The notes under the pieces: generated by a model
The model's input: only the letters and a program-made list of their open reading frames with translations
The model's database searches: none
What the model was told of the DNA's origin: nothing
Source of the DNA: Callorhinchus milii
Lineage: Eukaryota
Assembly: GCF_018977255.1 (NCBI RefSeq)
Contig: NW_024704742.1
Coordinates: 38,504,001-38,564,000, forward strand
Direction: 5' to 3'
Length of the DNA stretch: 60,000 bases
Part shown: piece by piece, positions 1 through 12,345 of the stretch
How positions within the stretch are numbered: the first letter of the stretch is position 1
Layout: the number at the start of each line of letters is the position of its first letter
Position numbers and translations under genes: made by a program

Positions 1-890
1 TGATGTGGTGTGTGTGTGAGTGTGTGTGAGAGTGATGTGGTTGGTGTGTGTGTGTGAGAGTGATGTGGTTGGTGTGTGTGTGTGAGAGTGATGTGGTGTG
101 GTGGTTGGTGTGTGTGTGTGAGTGTGTGTGGTGTGTGTGTGAGTGTGTGTGAGTGATGTGGTGTGTGTGTGTGTGTGAGAGTGATGTGGTTGGTGTGTGT
201 GTGTGAGAGTGTGTGTGAGAGTGTGGTGTGTGTGTGCGTGAGTGTGTGAGTGATGTGGTGTGTGTGTGTGAGTGTGTGTGAGAGTGATGTGGTTGGTGTG
301 TGTGTGTGTGTGAGTGAGTGAGGTGATGTGGTGTGTGTGTGAGTGTGTGTGAGAGTGATGTGGGGTTGTGTGTGTGTGTGAGTGTGTGAGAGTGATGTGG
401 TGTGTGTGTGTGAGTGTGTGTGAGAGTGATGTGGTGGTGTGTGTGTGTGTGTGTGTGTGAGAGTGTGTGGTTGGTGTGTGTTGTGTGGAGGTGATGTGGT
501 GTGTGTGTGTGTGGTGATGTGGTTGGTGTGTGTGTGTGTGTGTGAGAGTGATGTGGTTGGTGTGTGTGTGTGTGTGTGAGAGTGATGTGGTGTGTGTGTG
601 AGAGAGTGATGTGGTGTGTGTGTGTGTGTGAGTGATGTGGTTGGTGTGTGTGTGTGTGTGTGAGAGTGATGTGGTGTGTGTGTGTGTGAGAGAGTGATGT
701 GGTGGTGTGTGTGTGTGTGTGAGAGTGATGTGGTGTGTGTGTGTGTGTGTGAGAGAGAGAGTGATGTGGTGTGTGTGTGTGTGTGTGTGTGTGAGAGTGA
801 TGTGGTGTGTGTGTGTGTGAGAGAGTGATGTGGTGTGGTGTGTGTGTGTGTGTGACAGTGATGTGGTGTGTGTGTGTGAGAGAGTGTGTG

Positions 891-921
<31 letters not shown>

Positions 922-2092
922 TGATGTGTGTGTGTGTGTGTGTGAGAGAGTGATGTGTGTTCGTGTGTGTGTGTGTGTGTGTGAGAGTGATGTGTGTGTG
1001 TGTGAGTGTGTGAGAGAGTGATGTGGTGTGTGTGTGTGTGTGTGTGAGAGAGAGTGATGTGGTGTGTGTGTGTGAGAGAGTGATGTGGTGTGTGTGTGTG
1101 AGAGAGTGATGTGGTGGTGTGTGTGTGTGTGTGTGTGAGAGTGATGTGGTGTGTGTGTGTGTGAGAGTGATGTGGTTGGTGTGTGTGTGTGAGTGAGTGA
1201 TGTGTTTGGTGTGTGTGTGTGTGTGTGAGTGTGTGTGAGAGTGATGTGGTGTGTGTGTGTGTGAGAGTGTGTGTGAGAGTGATGTGGTGTGTGTGTGTGT
1301 GAGTGTGTGTGAGAGTGATGTGTGTGTGTGAGTGTGTGTGAGAGTGATGTGGTGTGTGTGTGTGTGTGTGAGAGTGATGTGGTGTGTGTGTGAGTGTGTG
1401 TGAGAGTGATGTGGTGTGTGTGTGTGTGAGTGAGAGTGATGTGGTGTGTGTGTGTGTGTGTGAGTGTGTGAGAGTGATGTGGTGGTGTGTGTGAGAGTGA
1501 TGTGGTGTGTGTGGTGGTGTGAGAGTGTGTGTGAGAGTGATGTGGTTGGTGTGTGTGTGTGTGAGAGTGATGTGGTTGGTGTGTGTGTGTGAGAGTGATG
1601 TGGTGTGTGTGTGAGTGTGTGTGAGAGTGATGTGGTTGGTGTGTGTGTGTGAGAGTGATGTGGTGTGTGTGTGTGTGTGAGAGTGATGTGGTGTGTGGTT
1701 GGTGTGGTGTGTGAGAGTGATGTGGTGTGTGTGTGAGTGTGTGTGAGTGATGTGGTGTGTGTGTGTGTGTGAGAGTGATGTGGTTGGTGTGTGTGTGTGA
1801 GAGTGTGTGTGAGAGTGATGTGGTGTGTGTGTGCGTGAGTGTGTGAGTGATGTGGTGTGTGTGTGTGTGAGTGTGTGTGAGAGTGATGTGGTTGGTGTGT
1901 GTGTGTGTGTGAGTGAGTGAGAGTGATGTGGTGTGTGTGTGAGTGTGTGTGAGAGTGATGTGGTGTGTGTGTGTGTGGTGTGTGGTGGTGATGTGGTGTG
2001 TGTGTGTGTGAGTGTGTGTGAGAGTGATGTGGTGTGTGTGTGTGTGTGAGTGTGTGAGAGTGATGTGTGGTGTGTGTGTGTGTGTGTGTGTA

Positions 2093-2126
<34 letters not shown>

Positions 2127-5100
2127 TGATGTGGTTGGTGTGTGAGAGTGATGTGGTGGTGTGTGTGTGTGTGTGAGTGTGTGGAGGTGATGTGCTGTGT
2201 GTGTGTGTGTGTGTGTGAGAGGATTGCTGTGTGTGTGTGTGTGTGTGTGTGAGTGTGTGTGGAGGTGATTGCTGTGTGTGTGTGTGAGTGTGTGTGAGAG
2301 TGATGTGGTGTGTGTGTGTGTGTGAGTGTGTGTGAGAGTGATGTGGTGTGTGTGTGTGAGTGTGAGTGAGAGTGATGTGGTTGGTGTGAGTGAGAGTGAT
2401 GTGGTGTGTGTGTGTGAGTGTGAGTGAGAGTGATGTGGTTGGTGTGAGTGAGAGTGATGTAGTTGGTGTGTGTGTGTGTGTGAGAGTGATGTGGTGTGTG
2501 TGTGAGTGTGAGTGAGAGTGATGTGGTTGGTGTGAGTGAGAGTGATGTGGTGTGTGTGTGTGTGTGAGTGAGAGTGATGTGGTTGGTGTGTGTGAGAGTG
2601 ATGTGGTGTGTGTGTGAGTGTGAGTGAGAGTGATGTGGTTGGTGTGTGTGAGAGTGATGTGGTTGGTGTGTGTGTGTGAGAGTGATGTGGTGTGTGTGTG
2701 AGTGTGAGTGAGAGTGATGTGGTGTGTGTGAGTGTGAGTGAGAGTGATGTGGTTGGTGTGAGTGAGAGTGATGTGGTGTGTGTGTGTGTGTGAGTGAGAG
2801 TGATGTGGTTGGTGTGTGTGAGAGTGATGTGGTGTGTGTGTGAGTGTGAGTGAGAGTGATGTGGTTGGTGTGTGTGAGAGTGATGTGGTTGGTGTGTGTG
2901 TGTGAGAGTGATGTGGTGTGTGTGTGAGTGTGAGTGAGAGTGATGTGGTGTGTGTGAGTGTGAGTGAGAGTGATGTGGTTGGTGTGAGTGAGAGTGATGT
3001 GGTGTGTGAGTGTGTGTGAGAGTGATGTGGTTGGTGTGAGTGAGAGTGATGTGGTGTGTGAGTGTGAGTGAGAGTGATGTGGTGTGTGTGAGTGTGAGTG
3101 ATGTGGTGTGTGTGTGAGTGTGAGTGAGAGTGATGTGGTGAGTGTGAGTGAGAGTGATGTGGTGTGTGTGTGAGTGTGAGTGAGAGTGATGTGGTGTGTG
3201 TGTGAGTGTGAGTGATGTGGTGTGTGTGTGAGTGTGAGTGAGAGTGATGTGGTGTGTGTGTGAGTGTGAGTGAGAGTGATGTGGTGTGAGTGTGAGTGAG
3301 AGTGATGTGGTGTGTGTGTGAGTGAGAGTGATGTGGTTGGTGTGTGTGAGAGTGATGTGGTGTGTGTGTGAGTGTGAGTGAGAGTGATGTGGTTGGTGTG
3401 TGTGAGAGTGATGTGGTGTGTGTGAGTGTGAGTGAGAGTGATGTGGTTGGTGTGAGTGAGAGTGATGTGGTGTGTGTGTGAGTGTGAGTGAGAGTGATGT
3501 GGTGTGAGTGTGAGTGAGAGTGATGTGGTGTGTGTGTGAGTGTGAGTGAGAGTGATGTGGTTGGTGTGAGTGAGAGTGGTGTGGTTGGTGTGAGTGAGAG
3601 TGATGTGGTTGGTGTGAGTGAGAGTGATGTGGTTGGTGTGAGTGAGAGTGATGTGGTTGGTGTGAGTGAGAGTGATGTGGTTGGTGTGAGTGAGAGTGAT
3701 GTGGTGTGAGTGTGAGTGAGAGTGATGTGGTTGGTGTGAGTGAGAGTGGTGTGGTTGGTGTGAGTGAGAGTGATGTGGTTGGTGTGAGTGAGAGTGGTGT
3801 GGTGGTGTGAGTGAGAGTGATGTGGTTGGTGTGAGTGAGAGTGATGTGGTTGGTGTGAGTGAGAGTGATGTGGTTGGTGTGAGTGAGAGTGATGTGGTTG
3901 GTGTGAGTGAGAGTGATGTGGTGTGTGTGTGTGTGTGAGTGTGAGTGAGAGTGAGAGTGGTGTGGTGTGTGTGTGAGTGTGAGTGAGAGTGATGTGGTTG
4001 GTGTGAGTGTGAGTGAGAGTGATGTGGTGTGTGTGTGAGTGTGAGTGAGAGTGATGTGGTGTGTGTGTGAGTGAGAGTGAGAGTGGTGTGGTGTGTGTGT
4101 GAGTGTGAGTGAGAGTGATGTGGTGTGTGTGTGAGTGTGAGTGAGAGTGATGTGGTGTGTGTGTGAGTGAGAGTGGTGTGGTGTGTGTGTGAGTGTGAGA
4201 GAGAGTGATGTGGTTGGTGTGTGTGTGTGTGTGTGAGAGTGATGCGGTTGGTGTGTGTGTGTGTGAGTGTGAGTGAGAGTGATGTGGTGTGTGTGTGAGT
4301 GTGAGTGAGAGTGATGTGGTGTGTGTGTGAGTGTGTGAGTGAGAGTGATGTGGTGTGAGTGAGAGTGGTGTGGTGTGTGTGTGAGTGTGAGTGAGAGTGA
4401 TGTGGTGTGTGTGTGAGTGTGAGTGAGAGTGATGTGGTGTGAGTGTGAGTGTGAGTGAGAGTGGTGTGGTGTGTGTGTGAGTGAGAGTGAGAGTGATGTG
4501 GTTGGTGTGAGTGAGAGTGATGTGGTGTGTGTGTGAGTGTGAGTGAGAGTGATGTGGTGTGTGTGTGAGTGTGAGTGAGAGTGATGTGTGTGTGTGTGAG
4601 TGTGAGTGAGAGTGATGTGGTGTGTGTGTGAGTGTGAGTGAGAGTGATGTGGTGTGTGTGTGAGTGTGAGTGAGAGTGATGTGGTTGGTGTGAGTGAGAG
4701 TGATGTGGTGTGTGTGTGAGTGTGAGTGAGAGTGATGTGGTGTGTGTGTGAGTGTGAGTGAGAGTGATGTGGTGTGTGTGTGAGTGTGAGTGAGAGTGAT
4801 GTGGTGTGTGTGTGAGTGTGAGTGAGAGTGATGTGGTTGGTGTGTGTGAGAGTGATGTGGTTGGTGTGAGTGAGAGTGATGTGGTGTGTGAGTGTGAGTG
4901 AGAGTGATGTGGTGTGTGTGAGTGTGAGTGATGTGGTGTGTGTGTGAGTGTGAGTGAGAGTGATGTGGTGTGTGTGTGAGTGTGAGTGAGAGTGGTGTGG
5001 TGTGTGTGTGAGTGTGAGTGAGAGTGATGTGGTGTGTGTGTGTGTGTGAGTGTGAGTGATGTGGTGTGTGTGTGAGTGTGAGTGAGAGTGGTGTGGTGTG

Positions 5101-6346
5101 TGTGTGAGTGTGAGTGAGAGTGATGTGGTGTGTGTGTGTGTGTGAGTGTGAGTGATGTGGTGTGTGTGTGAGTGTGAGTGAGAGTGGTGTGGTGTGTGTG
5201 TGAGTGTGAGTGAGAGTGGTGTGGTGTGTGTGTGAGTGTGAGTGAGAGTGATGTGGTGTGTGTGTGTGTGTGAGTGAGAGTGATGTGGTGTGTGTGTGTG
5301 TGAGTGTGAGTGAGAGTGATGTGGTGTGAGTGTGAGTGAGAGTGATGTGGTGTGTGTGTGAGTGTGAGTGAGAGTGATGTGGTGTGTGTGTGTGAGTGTG
5401 AGTGAGAGTGATGTGGTGTGTGTGTGAGTGTGAGTGAGAGTGATGTGGTGTGTGTGTGTGAGTGTGAGTGAGAGTGATGTGGTGTGTGTGTGAGTGTGAG
5501 TGAGAGTGATGTGGTGTGTGTGTGAGTGTGAGTGAGAGTGATGTGGTTGGTGTGTGTGAGAGTGATGTGGTTGGTGTGAGTGAGAGTGATGTGGTGTGTG
5601 AGTGTGAGTGAGAGTGATGTGGTGTGTGTGAGTGTGAGTGATGTGGTGTGTGTGTGAGTGTGAGTGAGAGTGATGTGGTGTGTGTGTGAGTGTGAGTGAG
5701 AGTGGTGTGGTGTGTGTGTGAGTGTGAGTGAGAGTGATGTGGTGTGTGTGTGTGTGTGAGTGTGAGTGATGTGGTGTGTGTGTGAGTGTGAGTGAGAGTG
5801 GTGTGGTGTGTGTGTGAGTGTGAGTGAGAGTGATGTGGTGTGTGTGTGTGTGTGAGTGTGAGTGATGTGGTGTGTGTGTGAGTGTGAGTGTGAGTGAGAG
5901 TGGTGTGGTGTGTGTGTGAGTGTGTGAGTGAGAGTGATGTGGTGTGTGTGTGAGTGTGAGTGAGAGTGATGTGGTGTGTGTGTGAGTGTGAGTGAGAGTG
6001 ATGTGGTGTGAGTGTGAGTGAGAGTGATGTGGTGTGTGTGTGAGTGTGAGTGAGAGTGGTGTGGTGTGTGTGTGAGTGTGAGTGAGAGTGGTGTGTGTGA
6101 GTGTGAGTGAGAGTGATGTGGTGTGAGTGTGAGTGAGAGTGATGTGGTGTGTGTGTGAGTGTGAGTGAGAGTGATGTGGTGTGTGTGTGAGTGTGAGTGA
6201 GAGTGGTGTGGTGTGTGTGTGAGTGTGAGTGAGAGTGATGTGGTGTGTGTGTGAGTGTGAGTGAGAGTGGTGTGGTGTGTGTGTGAGTGTGAGTGAGAGT
6301 GATGTGGTGTGTGTGTGAGTGTGAGTGAGAGTGATGTGGTTGGTGT
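1..6346. repeat. Compound GT-rich minisatellite (variable unit ~GAGAGTGATGTGG[TTGG](TG)n[AGTG..]); continues beyond window start
   Basis: Continuous variants of the GAGAGTGATGTGG motif separated by (TG)n runs; almost no C on the + strand; ends abruptly at ~6346. Confidence 0.97.
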
Positions 6347-6367
6347 GATCAGGTCCTGCAGTCACAG

Positions 6368-6426
6368 TGAGTCAGTCAGTGGTTGGGGGTGAGTGAGAGC
6401 CTCTGTGCTGTTGGTGCTGATTGGCT
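6368..6426 (+). promoter_or_regulatory. Putative SCD5 proximal promoter elements: AP-1 site (TGAGTCA, 6368-6374) and inverted CCAAT/NF-Y box (CTGATTGGCT, 6417-6426)
   Basis: Consensus motifs ~400-460 bp upstream of the ATG, in the first unique sequence after the satellite. The TSS cannot be determined. Confidence 0.45.
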
Positions 6427-6518
6427 TTCCCAGTTGCCTGAGACAGTGAGTGCTGTGGAGAGAGAGGACCACACACTCCCCCTCTCTCACTCCCTCTCCC
6501 TCACTCTCTCTCTCTGTG

Positions 6519-6623
6519 CTGGTGGTGGTGGTGGTGGTGGTGGTGGTGGTGCTGATGCTGCAATGACACCTGCGCTGCCCGGACTCACTGCTCACCAGCT
6601 CTCTCTTTGATCTATTCGGAGGA

Positions 6624-6666
<43 letters not shown>

Positions 6667-6757
6667 GACAGAGAAAAAAAAATACCAAAAAAAAAAGGGG
6701 CAGAGTTTCCCCTCTCCATCCCCTCCCCAACCCCCCCCCCAAAAAAAAAAAAAAAAA
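6519..6757. repeat. Microsatellite cluster upstream of the ATG: (TGG)n, (GA)n, poly-A and poly-C runs
   Basis: Directly visible simple repeats. Confidence 0.9.
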
Positions 6758-6828
6758 TTCCTGCCCTTTAACCAGAAAGCAGCCATCAAAGCGGCTCAGC
6801 TCGTAGATCAGGTGGAAGTCCTGGGAAG

Positions 6829-7045
6829 ATGATGGAGGATCAGGCCAAGCTGGGGGGCGAGGAGGAGATGGAGAAGGCGACCCAGACAGCTCTCAGCTCA
6901 GGTGCAGACGGCGGCTCACAGCGCAACAAGGCGAGGCCTTTCATCATCGTCTGGAGAAATGTCCTGCTGATGGCTCTGCTGCACCTGGCAGCCCTGTATG
7001 CCCTCTGGCTCATCCCAAAGGCTCAGCCTCTAACATGGCTGTGGG
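6829..7045 (+). CDS. SCD5: Stearoyl-CoA desaturase 5, coding exon 1 (217 nt)
   Basis: MMEDQAK...IVWRNVLLMALLHLAALYALWLIPKAQPLTWLW matches the first TM region of delta-9 desaturases; donor G|GTAAGT at 7046, phase 1. Confidence 0.95.
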
Positions 7046-7089
7046 GTAAGTCAGGCTCCAGCCCTGTGCGCAGTGTCGTCCTCCCCATC

Positions 7090-7091
<2 letters not shown>

Positions 7092-7131
<40 letters not shown>

Positions 7132-7310
7132 CCAAAGAGATCTGAACCAAACTGTCCTTCCCCTTTGCAGTACCGAGCAATCCGAATATAATCAGCATCA
7201 CCATCACCACCATCACCACCACCACCACCACCATCACCAGTATTATCATCATCACCACCATCACCATCACCATCCATCACCAACATTATCATCACCATCA
7301 GCATCACCAC
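7092..7310. repeat. (GT)n followed by (CAC/CAT)n trinucleotide repeat in intron 1
   Basis: Directly visible. Confidence 0.92.
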
Positions 7311-7396
7311 ACACTGCGATCCCGGTGAGAATTTTTGAACCGTAACTCAGTCGCAAATGGCTATTTTGCATTTCGATGTGGGTTTGAATATCCTTT

Positions 7397-8048
7397 CCCC
7401 CCCCTCCACACCCCCCAACCCCCCCCCCCACCCCCCCCACCACCAACCCCAACCCCCCCACACCCCCCCACCACCAACCCCCAACCCCCCACCACCCCCC
7501 CACCACCACCCCCCCCACCACCAACCCCAACCCCCCACACCCCCCCACCACCAACCCCCCCCACCACCACCCCCCCCACCACCCCCCCCCAACCCCCCCC
7601 ACCCCCCCCACCCCCCCCACCACCACCCCCCCCCCCACCACCAACCCCCAACCCCCCCCACCACCCCCCCCCCACCCCCCCCACCACCACCCCCCACCAC
7701 CAACCCCCAACCCCCCCCCCACCACCAACCCCCAACCCCCCCACACCCCCCCACCACCAACCCCCACCCCCCCCCACCACCAACCCCCAACCCCCCCACC
7801 CCCCCACCACCAACCCCCAACCACCCCCCCACCACCAACCCCCAACCACCCCCCAACCCCCCACACCCCCCCCCACCACCACCCCCAACCCCCCACACCC
7901 CCACCACCAACCCCCAACCACCCCCCCACCCCCCCCACCACCAACCCCCAACCACCCCCCCACCACCAACCCCCCACCACCACCAACCCCAACCACCCCC
8001 AACCCCCCCCCCCCCCCCACCCCAACCCCCCACCACCACCAACCCCCC
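7397..8048. repeat. C-rich low-complexity repeat (CCACCACCAACCCCC-type units)
   Basis: ~650 bp composed only of C and A; source of the spurious poly-Pro and poly-Gly ORFs. Confidence 0.95.
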
Positions 8049-8979
8049 AAATCGAACAGTGTGATGCAGTGAGAGCTGTGGGGTTGGGGATTGCATCAGT
8101 GACAGTCTCATGTCCCTACAGTTTCGTATCTTGGCGTTTCCTTTTGCAATCATCAGCCCCCGCGATGGTCCTCTGGTGCTGTCTGCAATGCAAGGTGACT
8201 GCTGGTTAGGGTGAGAAAGGGGAGAGCTCTCCTCCTCTGAGAAAGCGATCCTCTGACCAGGCAAAGAGGGGGTTTTAAGTCAACGTCTAAAATGCACGTT
8301 ACGATCATCCTTTTGGGGCAAATGATAAACGAGCACAGGTGCCAGTCACTGTGGAAGCGCGGATGGTTTTTAAATGCACAGTGTATGGTCTTCAATCACA
8401 GTGCGGGGTGAAGAGCATCTGCAATTCCTCCTACATTTAAAGAATGACGCATTATACTTGGTGCCACATTGTAGGTGTGAATGTGTGAGGAGGAACGTGC
8501 AAAGGACAAATTAGCCTTTAATACGATGGCTTGTGAATAAGTGGCAAGGCTATTAACCAGTTAGTGCCTCCCCTCCTCTCTCTCTCTCTCTCTCTCTCCC
8601 CCCCCCCCCCCCCACCATAGGTTTGTTCTCAGTGGAAATGGAGAATGATCAACATTTGTGTCCTTTTAAATCTGAAATTATTAATCCATCTCCAAGAATA
8701 TCACATCCAGAGGCTTAAACATCCATCATGTTTCTGCCCTGAGTAGTAGAAAGGGGGTATTATGTGGAAGGACTGTTCATTAACTTTCCATTGAGTTATT
8801 CTTTGTTAAATTTTCACCAGATTACAGTGTGTTCTAATTGTACAGTATGTGCTTAGGGCAAAAATAAACTCACCAGGTATATTTTATTCTAGTTTGGAAT
8901 GAGGATCTTATCCAGATTTGGGTGATCTCCTTGTCTCCTAACTATCACCAGAAAGGATGTGAGACATGCACAAGCCATA

Positions 8980-9430
8980 TAATAATAATAATCCTTGCAT
9001 TTGGATATAGCACCTTATTATGTCTCAAAGCACCTCACAGATATACTGGTAAATGGATTGACTGTATTTTGTTGGTGAAATGTGGCAGCCAGTGTACACA
9101 CAGCAGTGTCCCACTAACAGCCATGAAGTGAGTGACCAAATTTTTATTTGGGGGATTGTTGGCCAGGACACCAGGAGAAACTCCTTTCCCTTTTTAAACA
9201 GGGTCATGAGATCTTTTATGTCCACCAAAACAGAAAGACGGGACCTCAGTTCAATGTCTCATCTGAAGGACGGCACCTCCAACAATGCACACCCCCCCAT
9301 CACTGCATTGGAGTCTCAGCTTAGACTCTGTGATTCCAAGTCCCGTCCTGGGGCTTGAACCTACAACTGACTCAGAGGTGAAAGTCTTCTGACTCAGAGG
9401 CAAGAGTGCTACCATGGCACGGGGCTGACA
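8980..9430 (-). mobile_element. tRNA-derived SINE with Deu-like core and L2-type (TTA)n tail
   Basis: Reverse complement gives a head resembling GGTAGCACTCTTGCCTCTGAGTCAGAAG, core GGTGCCGTCCTTCAGATGAGACATTGAACTGAGGTCCCGTC, and tail AAATGCAAGGATTATTATT. Confidence 0.75.
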
Positions 9431-11223
9431 CACCTGTATTAAAGAAACAGGGCATTGTTTTTGTTCTGTTGCTTTAACAAGGCTCTGGTCTGTAAGTATC
9501 CCAGATTAAATCAATGGCTCCAAGTGCTTTACAACATAGAATTGATAAGAAATTAAATAAAGTGAATGCTATTAGATTGGCAAATTTGGTTGCTAATTTG
9601 TGTCAGTGACGCCCCATAAGCAATAGTGAGATGAGCAGCCAATTAATTTGAAATTGGGGTAAATTTGGGATAAGGCTATTTTAACCCACAAAATACACAG
9701 TCAATCCACTTTACAGAAAATGCTGTGAAGCACTTTGAGACATCTCGATGATGCGATAAGGTGCTCGATCAAATACAAGGATTATTATTGTTATTTGATT
9801 ACATCCACCTGCATCACATGGCAGATGGGACCTAAAATTAATAAAACCACAAAAGAATGGAATGATGATGATAATCTGGAAATAAATAATAAAATTGTAA
9901 ACAATATAGAATGTCGGTATTGAGGCAAAACCAAAACAAACCCTCAGATTTAATACAGTAATTTGAGATTTATGTTGTTCAGTAAATTGTGAAATGGCAA
10001 ATGAAGTGTGTGTGGGTTTGATTTATGACATGTTTAAAATATGGTGCACACTGAGAAAACCGGAATCATAAACTCAAACAGTATGGAATGGGCCCAGGTT
10101 CATTGCACTGATATAGATTTGCAAATAAATTGCTTATCACAGTTTGTAAACAATTTGGATATCCATGAATACTGTTTGGATTACTGCTTTTAATCAATTT
10201 TAAATGATTTTCATAAATAACTTATTTTGATTTATTGTGGCAGTAATACTAAACATAATAGGGATTGACTGAACAATTTGGAAATTCAGAGGAAAAACTA
10301 ATAAGATTTATCCCAAGCACTATATAAAGATTAATGTAGATTGAATCTAAGGCAGCTTGTATGTGCATAGGGTGGATTAGTTTTGTTATGGCTTTAATAC
10401 AAAGATTTAATATACTATAAGAAAATTAAACATTTCAGGTAGGCATTAATGTAATTAAAATTATTGAGGAAACAGTCACATGCAAAACCATGGTAAAGGC
10501 ACAACTGTTTCACGACAGTAGGTTATTCTACAATTAATAGTTATTTTGCATTGGAGGGTAATAAACGTTTGTGCAGTTTGCTATTACAACCCATTACAAC
10601 CCATAACCTCTGAGATTCTGCCTGACAAACATGTTATTCTTTTCGAGTTATATCATGTGGTACAACGTTAAATAATCCTCCTGTTTATCATGGCCATTTG
10701 CTATACTGACTGACACAACGAGTGTTGTGCCTATGGAAATTCCAAATTGCCTGATTAGAAATAATAACAATTCCTCTTTATCTTTTAACACAGAAGAACC
10801 CACTCTTAGGAACATAGGAATTTGTACAACCAGAAAGAGCTAATCTGGCCAGTCTAGAGATCTTGAGAAATACCATATTTTTTCTGCCCAGATCTTGAGG
10901 AAAAACATAATGTGTTCTATGCCCCATACTTCGTTCTGCAGGAGGATGTCTCAAAGCGCTTCACACAGTGAGCCCGGGTGAGGAGGGGGAGCGGGGAGGA
11001 GCTTGCCATAAGTAGGGTTGAAATGATAAGTCTCAGTTCTATGACTGTATGTTCATGGTGAACTCACAGAATTAAGCTATACTTATTTATTGCAGAAAAT
11101 ATCCAACTTCTGAATTCATCATTTCCCCGTCAGTACAATGAATCAGTGCCTGTGTTACAATCACCCACTTGTGAAAACCTTGTACTCAGGGTCCAATGTG
11201 TAGCTCAGCGTGGGTCAGCTGGC

Positions 11224-12345
11224 GGAGAGGGGAGGGGGCAGAGAGAAGGGGGAGAGAATGGGGGAGAGACAGGGGAAGTGGGGATAAACAGGGAGAGACG
11301 GGAGGGGGAAGAGTCGGAGGAAAAGAGAGGGGGAGGGAGGAGAGAGGGGGAAGGAGGAGAGAGGGGGGAGAGAGGTGGGGAAAGAGAGGGGGAGAGAGTG
11401 GGGGGAGTGGGAGAGAGAGGGGGGAATGAGAGGGGGAAGGGGAGGGGGAGATAGAGGAGGAGGGTGGAGATAGAGGAGGCAAGAGGGGAGATAGAAAGGG
11501 GGAGGGGGGAGAGATGGGGCAGGGGGGAGAGATGGGGCAAGGGGGGAGAGAGATGGGAAGAAACAGATGGGGGAGAGAGAGTTGGGGAGAGAGAGAGTTG
11601 GGGAGAGAGAGGTAGGGAGAGAGGGAGATGGGGAGAGAGAGAGAGAGAGGAAGGGGGGGAGAGAGAGAGGGGAGGAGAGAAGGGGAAGGGAGGAGAGAGA
11701 GAGAGGGATGGGGAGGGGAAAAGATGACCGAAAGCAGGGGAGAGAGAGTATGTGAAAGAGAGGTAAGAAAGGGGGAGTGAGAGAGCGAGTCTCCTGACGT
11801 GAAAGGCGCTATACAAATGTAATCTTGTTGTTGTTGTTTGAGAGAGGGGTGAAGAGAGAGTGATTGAGAGGCGGAGAGAGCAGATAGAGATTGTGAGAGG
11901 GGGAAGAGTGTGAGGGGGAAGAGAGAAGAGTGTGTGAGAGAAAAGAGGGTGTGAGAGAGAGTGAGAGTGTGAGGGAGTGAATGTGAGGGAGAGTGGGAGA
12001 GAAAGAAACGGGGAGAAAGGTGGGGGCTTAAGATTGAGAGAGGGTGATTGAGAGACAGTTTGAGAGGGGATAGAAAGTGTGTGGGGGAGTAAGAGAGAGT
12101 ATGTGACAGAGAGGAGGAGAAAATGATTGAGAGGGGTGTAGGTGGAGTGAGAAGGAAGAGTGAATATGAAAGGGTGTGAGAAGGGGAGTGAGAGAGAGTA
12201 ACTGAGAGGAAGTGTGGCAGAGAAGGAGAGTGTGTGCATGAGAGAAAGGGGGTTGAGAGAGATTGATTGAAGGAGAGACAGCATGAGGGAGAGGGGGAGA
12301 GAGAGAGAAACAAAAAGAGTGAGAGAGCAGAGAGAGGAGAAGTGA
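11224..12345. repeat. Purine-rich (GA/GGA) low-complexity tract with an embedded L2 3' tail (~11788-11837)
   Basis: Nearly pure A/G on + strand for much of its length; contains CTCCTGACGTGAAAGGCGCTATACAAATGTAATC(TTG)n. Confidence 0.9.

Noticed and set aside
1..6346. Telomeric repeat or CRISPR-like array
   Set aside because: There are no TTAGGG units and no unique spacers, only variable-length (TG)n between motif variants in a vertebrate context.
7023..8264. Long poly-Pro, poly-Gly and poly-His ORFs on both strands
   Set aside because: They are translations of stop-free simple repeats inside SCD5 intron 1, with no coding signature.
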